Assembly: GCA_032117095.1 (NCBI GenBank)
Contig: JAULZZ010000122.1
Coordinates: 168-64,167, forward strand
Direction of reading: 5' to 3'
Source of the DNA: Paenibacillus sp.
GTDB taxonomy: Bacteria; Bacillota; Bacilli; Paenibacillales; YIM-B00363
DNA: 64,000 bases
The translations under genes were made by a program, and so were the position numbers. Positions 8,458 to 17,495 of this stretch are shown piece by piece. How positions within the stretch are numbered: the stretch's first letter is position 1; every line of letters begins with the position of its first letter. The notes below the pieces were generated by a model, which was not told the origin of the DNA, did no database searches, and saw nothing but the letters and a program-made list of their open reading frames with translations.

Positions 8458-9749
8458 TGGATGTACGGATACGACCAACGACTACTTTACAAGGCAACAT
8501 TGAGGCGTTGCCCTCCAAAAACTATACGACGCGCTACCTGTTGGCAGCTGCGTTGGCAGAAGGCACGAGTACGATCACCCATGTGGCGCATAGCGAAGAC
8601 AGCGAGGCGATGCGCCGGTGTTTGCGTGACTTGGGTGCACAGCTGGTCGAAACTGCGGACACGTTGTCTTTGACGGGGTTTGGGAAACAGCCGCGTCGTG
8701 TCGATACACTTGATGTCGGCAATGCGGGTGCGGTGTTGCGCTTTTTAATGGCGGTTGTGGCACTATTGCCGCAGACGACGTTTCTCAATCGCTATCCGCA
8801 TTCATTGGGAAAACGACCACATTTGGACTTGATCCATGCGTTACAAATGATGGGGGTCACCGTGGCGCACCAAGACGGCAAACTGCCCATTACCGTGTAT
8901 GGCGGGCAGCCCCATGGGGGGCGCATCGAAGTCAGCGGGAACATTTCATCACAGTTTTTGAGTGCGTTGTTGTTTCTCACTCCCTTGCTTGCCGAAGACA
9001 GCGAGATTTTCGTACGCCATGATTTGAAATCCAAAGTGGTCATTGCCCAAACGCTCGAAGTCATTCGGGAAGCGGGCGTGCATATCGATGCACGTGATGA
9101 TCTGATGCATTACAGCGTACCAGGGCGTCAACAGTATGCGCCACGCACGTATGTCGTGCAAGGGGACTATCCTGGATCTGCTGCGCTCATGGCTGCGGCT
9201 GCCGTTACGTCTTCTGCTGTGACGATTCAACGGTTGCGTGTACAGAGCAAACAAGGGGAGCGTCAAGCCGTTGACGTATTTCGTCGCATGGGCGTTCCGT
9301 TGCAACACGACAACGACATGCTTCATCTTGCTGGGAACGGTGTGCTCAAAGCCGTCACGTGTGATGGGGATGCGTTTACGGATGCAGTATTGGCGTGTGT
9401 TGCGGCAGCCGTATTTGCAGAGGGCACTTCTGAGTTTACGAATGTTGAAAATTTGCGCTACAAAGAATGTGACCGCATTACAGATTTTCTTACAGAGTTG
9501 CGCAAAGCCGGTGCCGATGTTGCAGAGACAAGGTCGTCGATTATTGTACATGGAAAACCAGCAGGCGTGCGTGGTGGCGTGACGATTGATGCACATTTTG
9601 ACCATCGGGTCATCATGGCGTTGACGATCATCGGGTTGCGTGCACACGAACCGATCGTCATTCGCGACGCACATCACGTGGCAAAGTCGTATCCAACGTT
9701 TTTTGAACATATGCGTAGTCTTGGGGCGCACATCGAAGAAATTGCGTAG
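8457..9749 (+). CDS. aroA: 3-phosphoshikimate 1-carboxyvinyltransferase (EPSP synthase)
   Basis: LPSKNYTTRYLLAAALAEG, LDVGNAGAVLRFL, and a length of about 430 aa. The start overlaps the aroK stop (TAATG). Confidence 0.9.
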   Translation: MDVRIRPTTTLQGNIEALPSKNYTTRYLLAAALAEGTSTITHVAHSEDSEAMRRCLRDLGAQLVETADTLSLTGFGKQPRRVDTLDVGNAGAVLRFLMAVVALLPQTTFLNRYPHSLGKRPHLDLIHALQMMGVTVAHQDGKLPITVYGGQPHGGRIEVSGNISSQFLSALLFLTPLLAEDSEIFVRHDLKSKVVIAQTLEVIREAGVHIDARDDLMHYSVPGRQQYAPRTYVVQGDYPGSAALMAAAAVTSSAVTIQRLRVQSKQGERQAVDVFRRMGVPLQHDNDMLHLAGNGVLKAVTCDGDAFTDAVLACVAAAVFAEGTSEFTNVENLRYKECDRITDFLTELRKAGADVAETRSSIIVHGKPAGVRGGVTIDAHFDHRVIMALTIIGLRAHEPIVIRDAHHVAKSYPTFFEHMRSLGAHIEEIA

Positions 9750-9862
9750 CGTCCGTATCGGATAAACCCTCGTCGTATCGGGCAAGCTGTATAAGACTTC
9801 TCGTACACGACGCACGTCGTGCGACGACGAAGAAACGCACCTGCTCAAGGAGGCCTATGAGG

Positions 9863-10219
9863 ATGTATTACAACAATCAGCCCCTCGCCCCGCAACAAAC
9901 GCAACAAACGCAACAACCATTCGGTCAACCGACGATGTCGCAATACCGTGGACCAAGTCGGACGTTCCAACCGACGGGAAACGTCCCTTCGTATTACAAC
10001 CCCCAGGCGCAACAATTTGTCAGCAACCAAAACCCCATGATGAATGCGTATCATTTGCCCCACTACGTCGGCAATCAGATCGACCATGACATGGCATTGC
10101 GCGAAGACAGCTTGCAGCCGAGTACGTATGCCACACATCCGTCTTTTGTGACCCAACCTCACGTAAACCACTACGCACACACGCCGTCACAAAATATGCG
10201 GACGACGCGCAATTTCTAA
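9863..10219 (+). CDS. Low-complexity Q/N/P/Y/H-rich small protein (spore-coat-like composition)
   Basis: AAGGAGG lies 9 nt upstream of the second ATG. The ORF ends at the convergent terminator shared with des. No family assignment. Confidence 0.5.
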   Translation: MYYNNQPLAPQQTQQTQQPFGQPTMSQYRGPSRTFQPTGNVPSYYNPQAQQFVSNQNPMMNAYHLPHYVGNQIDHDMALREDSLQPSTYATHPSFVTQPHVNHYAHTPSQNMRTTRNF

Positions 10220-10284
10220 ACACACCGTGCGACCCGTGTTGCCATACCGCAACAGCAACGGCATCCCCATTTCAAAAAACGCAT

Positions 10285-10328
10285 AAAAAAAGGCAATGCC
10301 TCAGTCATTTTGAGGGATTGCCTTTTTT
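10285..10328. terminator. Bidirectional intrinsic terminator between convergent genes
   Basis: A-run, then GGCAATGCCTCA...TGAGGGATTGCC, then a T-run. It overlaps the last codons of des. Confidence 0.65.
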
Positions 10329-11329
10329 GCGTGCAACCGATATTTGGCGACATCAAACCCAACAAATATAAACTGCTGTTCATCCCATAGCCGGTAACGC
10401 AAGGAGCGCAAGCTCGTTCCCAATGTCAATGTGGTGACGGTTTGTAAGGCAGGAATGCCCTCGTGTGCTTTTTCGAGCAAATAATTTGGGATTTTTGTAC
10501 TAAGATGGTGGATATGATGAAACCCGATGTTCCCCGTCAGCCACTGCAATATGCGGGGCAATTTATAGTACGAGCTGCCTTCTACTGCGGCATCGATAAA
10601 ATCCCATTGTTCATTGCCTTCAAAGTACGAGCGTTCAAATTGGTGCTGTACATAAAAAAGCCACACTCCAAGGGTACTCGAGATGAGGAAGATTGGCACC
10701 TGCACGAGGAGCACAGCCTGCCATCCGACGAGCCACACAAGCAACGCATAAAAACCAAGCAGGCCGATGTTCGTCATGTTCGTGTGCCAACGTTCCGCAG
10801 GGGGCGCTTTGCGACGATTCCATCGGTATTCCAGTAAAAAGGTGTACGTAGGACCGAGCCCAAACATGATCAACGGATGACGATACAACCGATAACGCAA
10901 GCGTTTCCAGGGGGAGGCATGGACGTATTCCTCTACGGTCATGAGCCATAAGTCACCGATGCCCCGTCGATCAAGGTTGCCACTCGTCGCATGATGGATC
11001 GCATGCGTGACTTTCCATTGTTGGTACGGCACGAACGTTAGCACTCCGAGCAAGGAACCCAAAATATCGTTGGCACGGCGGGAGCGAAAAAATGAAGCAT
11101 GTCCACAGTCGTGTTGCAAAATAAACGTGCGTACCATAAAAGCTGCCGTAGCGATAACGAGTGGAATGGTGAGGGCGTAGGAGAAATGCAAGCTGACGTA
11201 AGACAACGCCCACAACGTGAACAATGGGAGGAGCGTATTCGTCATTTGGCGGACACTCAGCGCAAAATGTGTTCGCTCGTAAGGTTCTACACGTTTTCGT
11301 AATTCGGTGATGCGGTGGTGATCCATCAT
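10301..11329 (-). CDS. des: Membrane fatty acid (delta-5 type) desaturase
   Basis: Three His boxes (HDCGH, HAIHH, HHIHH) and colinearity with remembered B. subtilis Des (GSSYYKLPRILQWLTGNIGFHHIHHL). Confidence 0.9.
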   Translation of the reverse strand: MMDHHRITELRKRVEPYERTHFALSVRQMTNTLLPLFTLWALSYVSLHFSYALTIPLVIATAAFMVRTFILQHDCGHASFFRSRRANDILGSLLGVLTFVPYQQWKVTHAIHHATSGNLDRRGIGDLWLMTVEEYVHASPWKRLRYRLYRHPLIMFGLGPTYTFLLEYRWNRRKAPPAERWHTNMTNIGLLGFYALLVWLVGWQAVLLVQVPIFLISSTLGVWLFYVQHQFERSYFEGNEQWDFIDAAVEGSSYYKLPRILQWLTGNIGFHHIHHLSTKIPNYLLEKAHEGIPALQTVTTLTLGTSLRSLRYRLWDEQQFIFVGFDVAKYRLHAKKAIPQND

Positions 11330-11428
11330 AAAATCCCCCTTTATATATACATTATACTATTTTTTGCGCACGAAAGAAATAGGTCATCCGTTTCTCTGCG
11401 ATGGCGACAAAAAAATCTTTCAGCACGA

Positions 11429-11457
11429 TTGACAACGTCGTAAAAACAAATTAGAAT
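11429..11457 (+). promoter_or_regulatory. Sigma-A type promoter (TTGACA-17 nt-TAGAAT)
   Basis: Read directly from the sequence, about 100 nt upstream of the 11559 CDS. Confidence 0.5.
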
Positions 11458-11558
11458 AAATACAAGTAATTAGATAGGAATTGTATGCATAGTATCAAAA
11501 AAGCATTCGTTGCCTGTGTCGAATTACTCAAAAACTTCAAGGAAGGATCGTGAATGTC

Positions 11559-12893
11559 ATGGTTATGCGGAGATGGATTGTGGTTCTCGTCATTTTACTT
11601 GCGTTTTCGTCGGTCGTGTCTGTGCAACAAGGGCGTGCGACGGCATCTTCGTCCTCAATACAATCGGCTACACAAGAATTGACTGCAGCCGAAAAAACAG
11701 GGTTGCAGAAATTAATGAACAAAGCATTGTTGCGTGAACAGAACGGGTTGCGTAAAAAGCTCAAAGAAGCGGGATGTACGTATACAGGCGCAGCGACCTA
11801 TGTGGCCAATAAAGCATGCGACCCCGACCAAACGACGGATTTAGTAAAAAGAAACATCTTAGTAGAAGGACGAGCAACGCTGTTCGATGTGATGTATGAT
11901 GGGTCCACGGGACGGTGTGGCATAAACAAAGAAGACCAGAAAGCAGGAACATACGGCGCATTTGAGTGCAGTGGGATCGCTTGGCCTCAAAAAAAGACAG
12001 TACCATCGGGTAAACAAGCCCGACAAAAAGGAAATACCGAAAAAACGGTCATCCCCATCCCCACAAGCGACATCGATGCCTTGGAAAAAACACTACAGCA
12101 AACAGAAGAGACGCTGCGAAAAGTGCTGCGCGAAAAAGAAGATGCGGAAATTCGCAAAGTGAAACCTTCTGAACTAAACAATCGAAATATATTGGTTTTT
12201 CAACTCCCCCATGTCAAAGACAACATTTTGTTGCTGAAAGTAAAAGAAAAGAACGATCCGATGTGCTCATTGTGCTGGAAATTACAAATTCCTATACGGC
12301 CGAATCCATTTGTGTTTAGTCGTTTTCATGCGAAAAGAACGCTGCCTGCGGATGTAACCGATGCACAAGTTTTGGCGACCATCCAGCGGGAAACGAATGC
12401 GTTTCATCAGAAAAGAGGCGTGTATGCGGTGCATGACATCGAAGTACAAAAATGTACCAGAGACGGACTTGACGGTTGGTGCGTGTATAGCCTGTATGAT
12501 TTGCGCCCCGTAGGAGGACGGGACGTATTTTTAACGATCGGGCGGGCGACATTGCTCACCATGGCAGTGCTTAAATTGACCATTGCGGCAAAGAAGGCGA
12601 AAGTCGATTGGAAAAGTATTGGGACTTTAACCAAAATAGCACGGGACTTAACCAAAAGCATCACTAATGTGGCCAAAAAGATACCCGGTGTCGCTCGGAA
12701 AGTGTGGGAAAACTTGCGTAAGGTGTGGGGAAATTTGGATCAGCGACAACTGGGTGCGGAAATGTTCGGCACAGTCGGTCAAACGTCGTTGAGCATCGGC
12801 ACGATCTATTGGTTTCAAGAGGACCTCAACATTTTGCGGGAAGTGTTTTACACGAAAGCACCTCCGATAGAAAAGAACAGCACGGCACGGTGA
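11559..12893 (+). CDS. Orphan secreted protein, Cys- and Lys-rich, unknown function
   Basis: N-terminal signal-like segment RRWIVVLVILLAFSSVVSVQQGRA, paired cysteines, and a hydrophobic/amphipathic C-terminal region. The region is visibly A/T-richer than its neighbours. The ATG at 11559 has better spacing from AAGGAAGGA than the GTG at 11550. Confidence 0.6.
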   Translation: MVMRRWIVVLVILLAFSSVVSVQQGRATASSSSIQSATQELTAAEKTGLQKLMNKALLREQNGLRKKLKEAGCTYTGAATYVANKACDPDQTTDLVKRNILVEGRATLFDVMYDGSTGRCGINKEDQKAGTYGAFECSGIAWPQKKTVPSGKQARQKGNTEKTVIPIPTSDIDALEKTLQQTEETLRKVLREKEDAEIRKVKPSELNNRNILVFQLPHVKDNILLLKVKEKNDPMCSLCWKLQIPIRPNPFVFSRFHAKRTLPADVTDAQVLATIQRETNAFHQKRGVYAVHDIEVQKCTRDGLDGWCVYSLYDLRPVGGRDVFLTIGRATLLTMAVLKLTIAAKKAKVDWKSIGTLTKIARDLTKSITNVAKKIPGVARKVWENLRKVWGNLDQRQLGAEMFGTVGQTSLSIGTIYWFQEDLNILREVFYTKAPPIEKNSTAR

Positions 12894-13065
12894 ACCGATG
12901 TAAGCGCAGTACACGGTGTATCGCTCGCCATGGCAAAGGGGGGACAATGGCTACGATAGATAAGGTTTCCTTTGACAAAAAGCAAAAGAGTCGATACGAT
13001 ACACAATATCGTATCGTGTTGTGCGACACATACCAAACACATCTCTGCGGGGGTATGTGTACTAA

Positions 13066-13169
13066 TACTAAACACTGATTGAATTCAGGAATCCTATTGA
13101 TTTAAAAGTACAGTGATTTCTTGTAAAATGGGGCTCTTGGTATGGACGTTTTTAATCAGTGCTTAGTAT
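13066..13169 (-). repeat. Family-1 MITE-like element, full length, in the PTS leader
   Basis: atactaaacactgattgaattcaggaatcctattg...tatggacgtttttaatcagtgcttagtat. An extra solo terminus agtgttagtat follows at 13174-13185. Confidence 0.8.
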
Positions 13170-13229
13170 AAAATAGTGTTAGTATGAGGCGTGGGGGTAA
13201 GTGTATCAGAAAGGAGTTTTGGCGTTTTG

Positions 13230-15086
13230 ATGGCGTATTGGCAAGGCGTTTCCCGTGCGCTGTTGTTGCCACTCCTGGCATTGCCTCTTGCAGCCGTGCT
13301 CTTACAGTGTAGCACGTGGGATTGGTCATGGGTGCATGCAGATGTGGCGACGTGGTTTTATACCGCAGCGATGAGTTTTATTAGGTGTTTGCCGTATGTG
13401 TATGCGGTGAGTATGGCATGGAGTTTAACGCGTCAGGCTGCCCCTGCTGGGGTCGTCGCACTCATCGGGATGTTCCTCTTCGAACGGTTGTCCACATTGC
13501 AACCGTCACTGACCACGACGTTTCCCGTTGCTATGGTGTGTGGTGTAACGATGGGCATTGTCGTTTCGTATGCGTACAATTGGATGCTGACTATTGCATT
13601 CTCACCTCGGTTGCAACGGTGGGGGGGTTCGCAGCTTATTTTTGTGTTGCTGTGCTGTGTCGCCCTCGTGTTCGTGGGGGGATTTCTCATTGTAAGCCCT
13701 TATGTGGCAAAAGGATTGGCACTATTGCAACAAGCTTTGTTGACATGGGGAGGTGGGTTTGTCGTATTCGCATACGGGGTTGCCCAGCGGTTGCTCGTCC
13801 CCTCGGGATTGCATCATGTTTTAAACCATTTCTTCTGGTTTCAACTCGGCAGTACGACGCTGCCCGATGGGGTTGCTGTGACGGGCGATTTACCACGTTT
13901 TTTTGCTGGTGATCCGACCGCTGGACGATTTATGGCAGGGATGTATCCGATCATGATGTTTGCCCTTCCTGCGGCTGCATGGGCGCTAATTCAGGAAGCC
14001 CGCCCTGAGATGCGCAAAACGGTGGCGAAGATTTTAATTCCTGGGATCGTGGCTTCATTTTTTTTGGGCATTACTGAACCAATTGAGTTTGCGTTTTTGT
14101 TCGTCGCACCTTTGCTTTTTGTTGTGCATGCATTGCTCACCGGTGTGGCCCTTTGGCTCGCATACGTGTTGGACGTGCGACACGGATTTTCCTTTTCAGC
14201 AGGGGCGATCGATTTTGTAGTCAATGCGCATTTGGCGCACCACGGGGACCGGTTGCTTTGGATGGGGATAGGTTTTGCACTGCTATATTATGTACTTTTC
14301 CGTTGGTCGATTCGTACGTTTGGCCTGTTGACGATTGGGCGTGTGGTGGGGAAACCGTTGCCACAGCCACAGCAAGACGTGCTTGCACATCCTGAGAAAA
14401 TTTTGGACGCTTTGGGTGGGAAGGAAAATGTCGTACACATTGAAGCGTGTGTGACGCGGCTGCGGGTGACCGTACACGATCTGACGCGTGTGGATGAACC
14501 TGCTCTGTTGCAACTCGGTGCGTATGGTGTCATTTTTTTGGGTAAAAACCACGTACAAGTCGTATGGGGGATGATGTCGCAGTACATTTGTACGCAAATC
14601 GTCCTGCGTAGCGGGGGGCAACCGATGACGCTCGTCTCCCCTGTAACGGGAACGAAAATCGCCTTACACGAAGTGCCTGATCCCGTGTTTGCGCAACGTT
14701 TGGCAGGGGACGGGGTCGCTTTTTTTGCAGATGAATCAGAAGTCGTTTCCCCGATGGCAGGGAAGATTGCATTCATTTATCCGACCAAACATGCGTTAGG
14801 TATACGCAGAGAAGATGGTGTCGAGCTTCTTCTACATTTCGGAATAGACAGTGCTAAAGCCGACCCTGCTACGTTTACGTATGCGGTACAGGAGGGAGAT
14901 GTGGTGCAAGCAGGCCAACGGCTGCTCACGTGTGATTTCGCTCGTTTGCGCCATGCAGCCACTTCCCCTGTTGTCGTGCTTCTCGTGACGCCACGCTCAC
15001 CATTGCGTTGGGTGGAGAGCGCTGTTCCCCGTGTGCAACGCGGGAAAACCATCGTGCTGTCGTTGATGTCGCGTGAGGAGGTGTAA
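13230..15086 (+). CDS. PTS glucose-family transporter, fused EIIC-EIIB-EIIA
   Basis: EIIC ITEPIEFAFLFVAPLLF, EIIB CVTRLRV (phospho-Cys), EIIA HFGIDS. The start is uncertain between 13191 and 13230. Confidence 0.85.
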   Translation: MAYWQGVSRALLLPLLALPLAAVLLQCSTWDWSWVHADVATWFYTAAMSFIRCLPYVYAVSMAWSLTRQAAPAGVVALIGMFLFERLSTLQPSLTTTFPVAMVCGVTMGIVVSYAYNWMLTIAFSPRLQRWGGSQLIFVLLCCVALVFVGGFLIVSPYVAKGLALLQQALLTWGGGFVVFAYGVAQRLLVPSGLHHVLNHFFWFQLGSTTLPDGVAVTGDLPRFFAGDPTAGRFMAGMYPIMMFALPAAAWALIQEARPEMRKTVAKILIPGIVASFFLGITEPIEFAFLFVAPLLFVVHALLTGVALWLAYVLDVRHGFSFSAGAIDFVVNAHLAHHGDRLLWMGIGFALLYYVLFRWSIRTFGLLTIGRVVGKPLPQPQQDVLAHPEKILDALGGKENVVHIEACVTRLRVTVHDLTRVDEPALLQLGAYGVIFLGKNHVQVVWGMMSQYICTQIVLRSGGQPMTLVSPVTGTKIALHEVPDPVFAQRLAGDGVAFFADESEVVSPMAGKIAFIYPTKHALGIRREDGVELLLHFGIDSAKADPATFTYAVQEGDVVQAGQRLLTCDFARLRHAATSPVVVLLVTPRSPLRWVESAVPRVQRGKTIVLSLMSREEV

Positions 15087-15087
15087 C

Positions 15088-16839
15088 ATGGAAGTGTCCA
15101 AAATATGGAACGGGATCGTCGTCTCAGCAGGGATTGCCGTAGCAAAGTCCTATGTCTTTGAACCGACCATGCGGTGGAAACAGACGAGGCATCGCACAAA
15201 AACACACCATCCTGCCGACGACATGCAGAAATTAAAAGCTGCGATTGAACGCGCCAAAGTAGACATTTGGACACTAAAGCGAGAGACGGAAGAAGTCATC
15301 GGGATGGAGGAATCCCGCATTTTTGATGCGCACGTGGCGATGCTCGATGATCCTTTTTTGTGGAGTGAGATGGGCGAATGTATCGAACAGCACGGACTGT
15401 CGGCAGCGTCCGCCATGAAGCAAGTGGCGCAACGATATATGAAATTGTTCGAACAATCCGAGGATGCCCGCTTGCGTGAACGGGTCGCAGACATTTATGA
15501 CATTGCCAATCGTGTGTTGATGCACTTACTCGGTGAGGAGGAGCAGACGTATTTGACAGAAGACGAGCCGTATGTGCTCGTTGCCCGAGACATCACTCCT
15601 TCACAGTTTGTAAAGTTCAACCCGCAAAACATTCAAGGCATCATTACCGTTTCGGGCGGATATACGTCACATACTGCGATTATGGCGCGAGCATTGCACA
15701 TTCCATTTGTTATGGTGTACGATGAGCTTTTACTTACGAAGGTGCGCAACAACGAATGGGTAATCGTCAATGGGCATACGGGTCAAATTACGACAAACCC
15801 TACACGGATCGATGTTGAACATTATGTGGCATTACAAGCGATCGAACAACGTCAATTGACACGAGACCGCCAGCAGGCGCAACGCATAGCCCTCACAGAA
15901 GATGGGCATCTGCTGACGTTGTATGCAAACATTACATCGTTTGCGGAATTGGAAACGGTGTGGCAAGATGGCGCAGAAGGAATTGGGTTGTTTCGCACAG
16001 AGTTTCTCTTCATGCAACAAGATCGTTTTCCGACAGAAGAAGAGCAATTTTATATGTACCGTCAAGTCGCTATCCGATGTCAAGGAAAACCATTGACGAT
16101 ACGTACGATAGACATCGGGGGAGATAAGTTTTTACCTTACTTTGCACATCCCAAAGAAGACAATCCCGCAATGGGTTATCGCTCCATACGCATATCATTG
16201 GCGGAATCTAACCAGTTTCACACACAACTTCGGGCGATTTTACGGGCGAGTGCGTACGGGGATGTACGACTGCTCTTGCCGATGATTTCGCACATGGAAC
16301 AACTTCGTGAGATCAAGCAGATGGTCGCACACATACGGACACAGCTCACTTACGAAGGCATCGGGTATCGGGATGACTTGCCGATAGGGATGATGATCGA
16401 AGTACCAGCTGCGGCATGGATGGTCGCACAATTTTGTACGGAAGTAAATTTCATGAGTATCGGCACGAATGATCTTACACAATTTGTACTTGCAGCCGAT
16501 AGAATGAATGAGCGAGTCGCTCACTTGTACAACCCGTACCATCCAGCGATGGTCGCACTCCTTCATCATATTGCCGAAGAGACGGCCAAGGCGGGAATCC
16601 CCTTGACGGTATGTGGTGAATTGGCAGGCGAGCCGTTGGCATTGCCACTGTGGCTGAGCTGTCGCATTCAACAACTCAGTATGTCAAGTCGGCGAATTTT
16701 ACCCATTAAACAAGCATTACAGTCGTGCAATCGAGCACGGGCGAGTACCTTGAAACAGGCACTGATGTGCGCACATACGGCGACAGACGTACAAGCGATT
16801 TTGCAACAGCACTTTTCACCTTGCGGAGGAATGGCATAA
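15088..16839 (+). CDS. ptsI: Phosphoenolpyruvate-protein phosphotransferase (Enzyme I)
   Basis: GGYTSHTAIMARAL (phospho-His), GLFRTEFLF, SIGTNDLTQ. GAGGAGG precedes the ATG, which lies 1 nt after the EIICBA stop. Confidence 0.92.
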   Translation: MEVSKIWNGIVVSAGIAVAKSYVFEPTMRWKQTRHRTKTHHPADDMQKLKAAIERAKVDIWTLKRETEEVIGMEESRIFDAHVAMLDDPFLWSEMGECIEQHGLSAASAMKQVAQRYMKLFEQSEDARLRERVADIYDIANRVLMHLLGEEEQTYLTEDEPYVLVARDITPSQFVKFNPQNIQGIITVSGGYTSHTAIMARALHIPFVMVYDELLLTKVRNNEWVIVNGHTGQITTNPTRIDVEHYVALQAIEQRQLTRDRQQAQRIALTEDGHLLTLYANITSFAELETVWQDGAEGIGLFRTEFLFMQQDRFPTEEEQFYMYRQVAIRCQGKPLTIRTIDIGGDKFLPYFAHPKEDNPAMGYRSIRISLAESNQFHTQLRAILRASAYGDVRLLLPMISHMEQLREIKQMVAHIRTQLTYEGIGYRDDLPIGMMIEVPAAAWMVAQFCTEVNFMSIGTNDLTQFVLAADRMNERVAHLYNPYHPAMVALLHHIAEETAKAGIPLTVCGELAGEPLALPLWLSCRIQQLSMSSRRILPIKQALQSCNRARASTLKQALMCAHTATDVQAILQQHFSPCGGMA

Positions 16840-16955
16840 AAAACATTCCTAAGCGATACGAAACATTCGTGAGAAGGAATTGAACACTTGTGCGTCGAAT
16901 AGTACAACGTAAAAACATTTTTTGCACGTCGATGCTACTGGAGGAGGGGATTAAA

Positions 16956-17378
16956 ATGGAGAAAAGTTGCGCTTGTGGTCACCAAAAGACATTGCGGCTT
17001 CGTTCTCTTATTTATTCTAAGAAAGTGGCAATTATGAATGTGCCTGTGTTGGGTTGTGCCCAGTGTGGCCATTGTGAAGTCCTCCCCGAAGTAGCTCCTG
17101 ATTTGATCGCACTGTTGCGTGATTTGGGAGACAAGCCGGTAGAACAGCACATTTGGTTTAATGAGGTCAACGAGTTGGCGTACATTTTCTTTGAAGCAAA
17201 TCGGCGCAAACGGCGCAATCGCCCTGTCCCTGTCATCGTAGAAGAACGCATTAATCAGCTGTTGGATTTGTTGCTGTTAGCACAGTCTCTCCAAAACAAC
17301 GAGTGGGTTGCCGATGTCGAAACACGTCTCACCCAAATTTCCAAAGCCGAGCTTATGTTTAACAATGCGATCCAATAA
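16956..17378 (+). CDS. Zinc-ribbon protein (CxC...CxxC, YgiT/MqsA-finger-like), unknown function
   Basis: CACGH...(about 30 aa)...CAQCGHC. GGAGGAGGGG lies 6 nt upstream of the ATG for MEKSC. Confidence 0.5.
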   Translation: MEKSCACGHQKTLRLRSLIYSKKVAIMNVPVLGCAQCGHCEVLPEVAPDLIALLRDLGDKPVEQHIWFNEVNELAYIFFEANRRKRRNRPVPVIVEERINQLLDLLLLAQSLQNNEWVADVETRLTQISKAELMFNNAIQ

Positions 17379-17411
17379 ATCACATGTCTTCTTGACACGA
17401 TTTCAAACGAT

Positions 17412-17495
17412 ATCCCCTATCGAGTAAAACGCCTTTTGCTTTTCCGCAAAATGCAGCCTGCTGTACGTATGGTTTTAATCAGTGTTTCATATGGG
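17412..17495. repeat. One-armed family-1 element (subfamily B)
   Basis: cctatcgagtaaaacgccttttgcttttccgcaaaatg...gtacgtatggttttaatcagtgtttcatat. Confidence 0.65.

Noticed and set aside
9845-10180. 111-aa minus-strand ORF opposite the Q/N-rich gene.
   Set aside because: It is a product of the low-complexity CAA/CAG-rich sense strand. It has no RBS, whereas the plus-strand ORF has AAGGAGG and a terminator.
13080-13229. I searched the PTS leader for a GlcT-type RAT antiterminator overlapping a terminator.
   Set aside because: I found nothing resembling the RAT consensus (GGATTGTTACTG...-like). The hairpin potential here is fully explained by the family-1 palindrome.
16856-16905. gatacgaaacattcg...caacgtaaaaacat between ptsI and the zinc-ribbon gene resembles a family-1 terminus.
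   Set aside because: Only about 11 nt match and there is no second arm or core similarity. This could be chance or a very old remnant.
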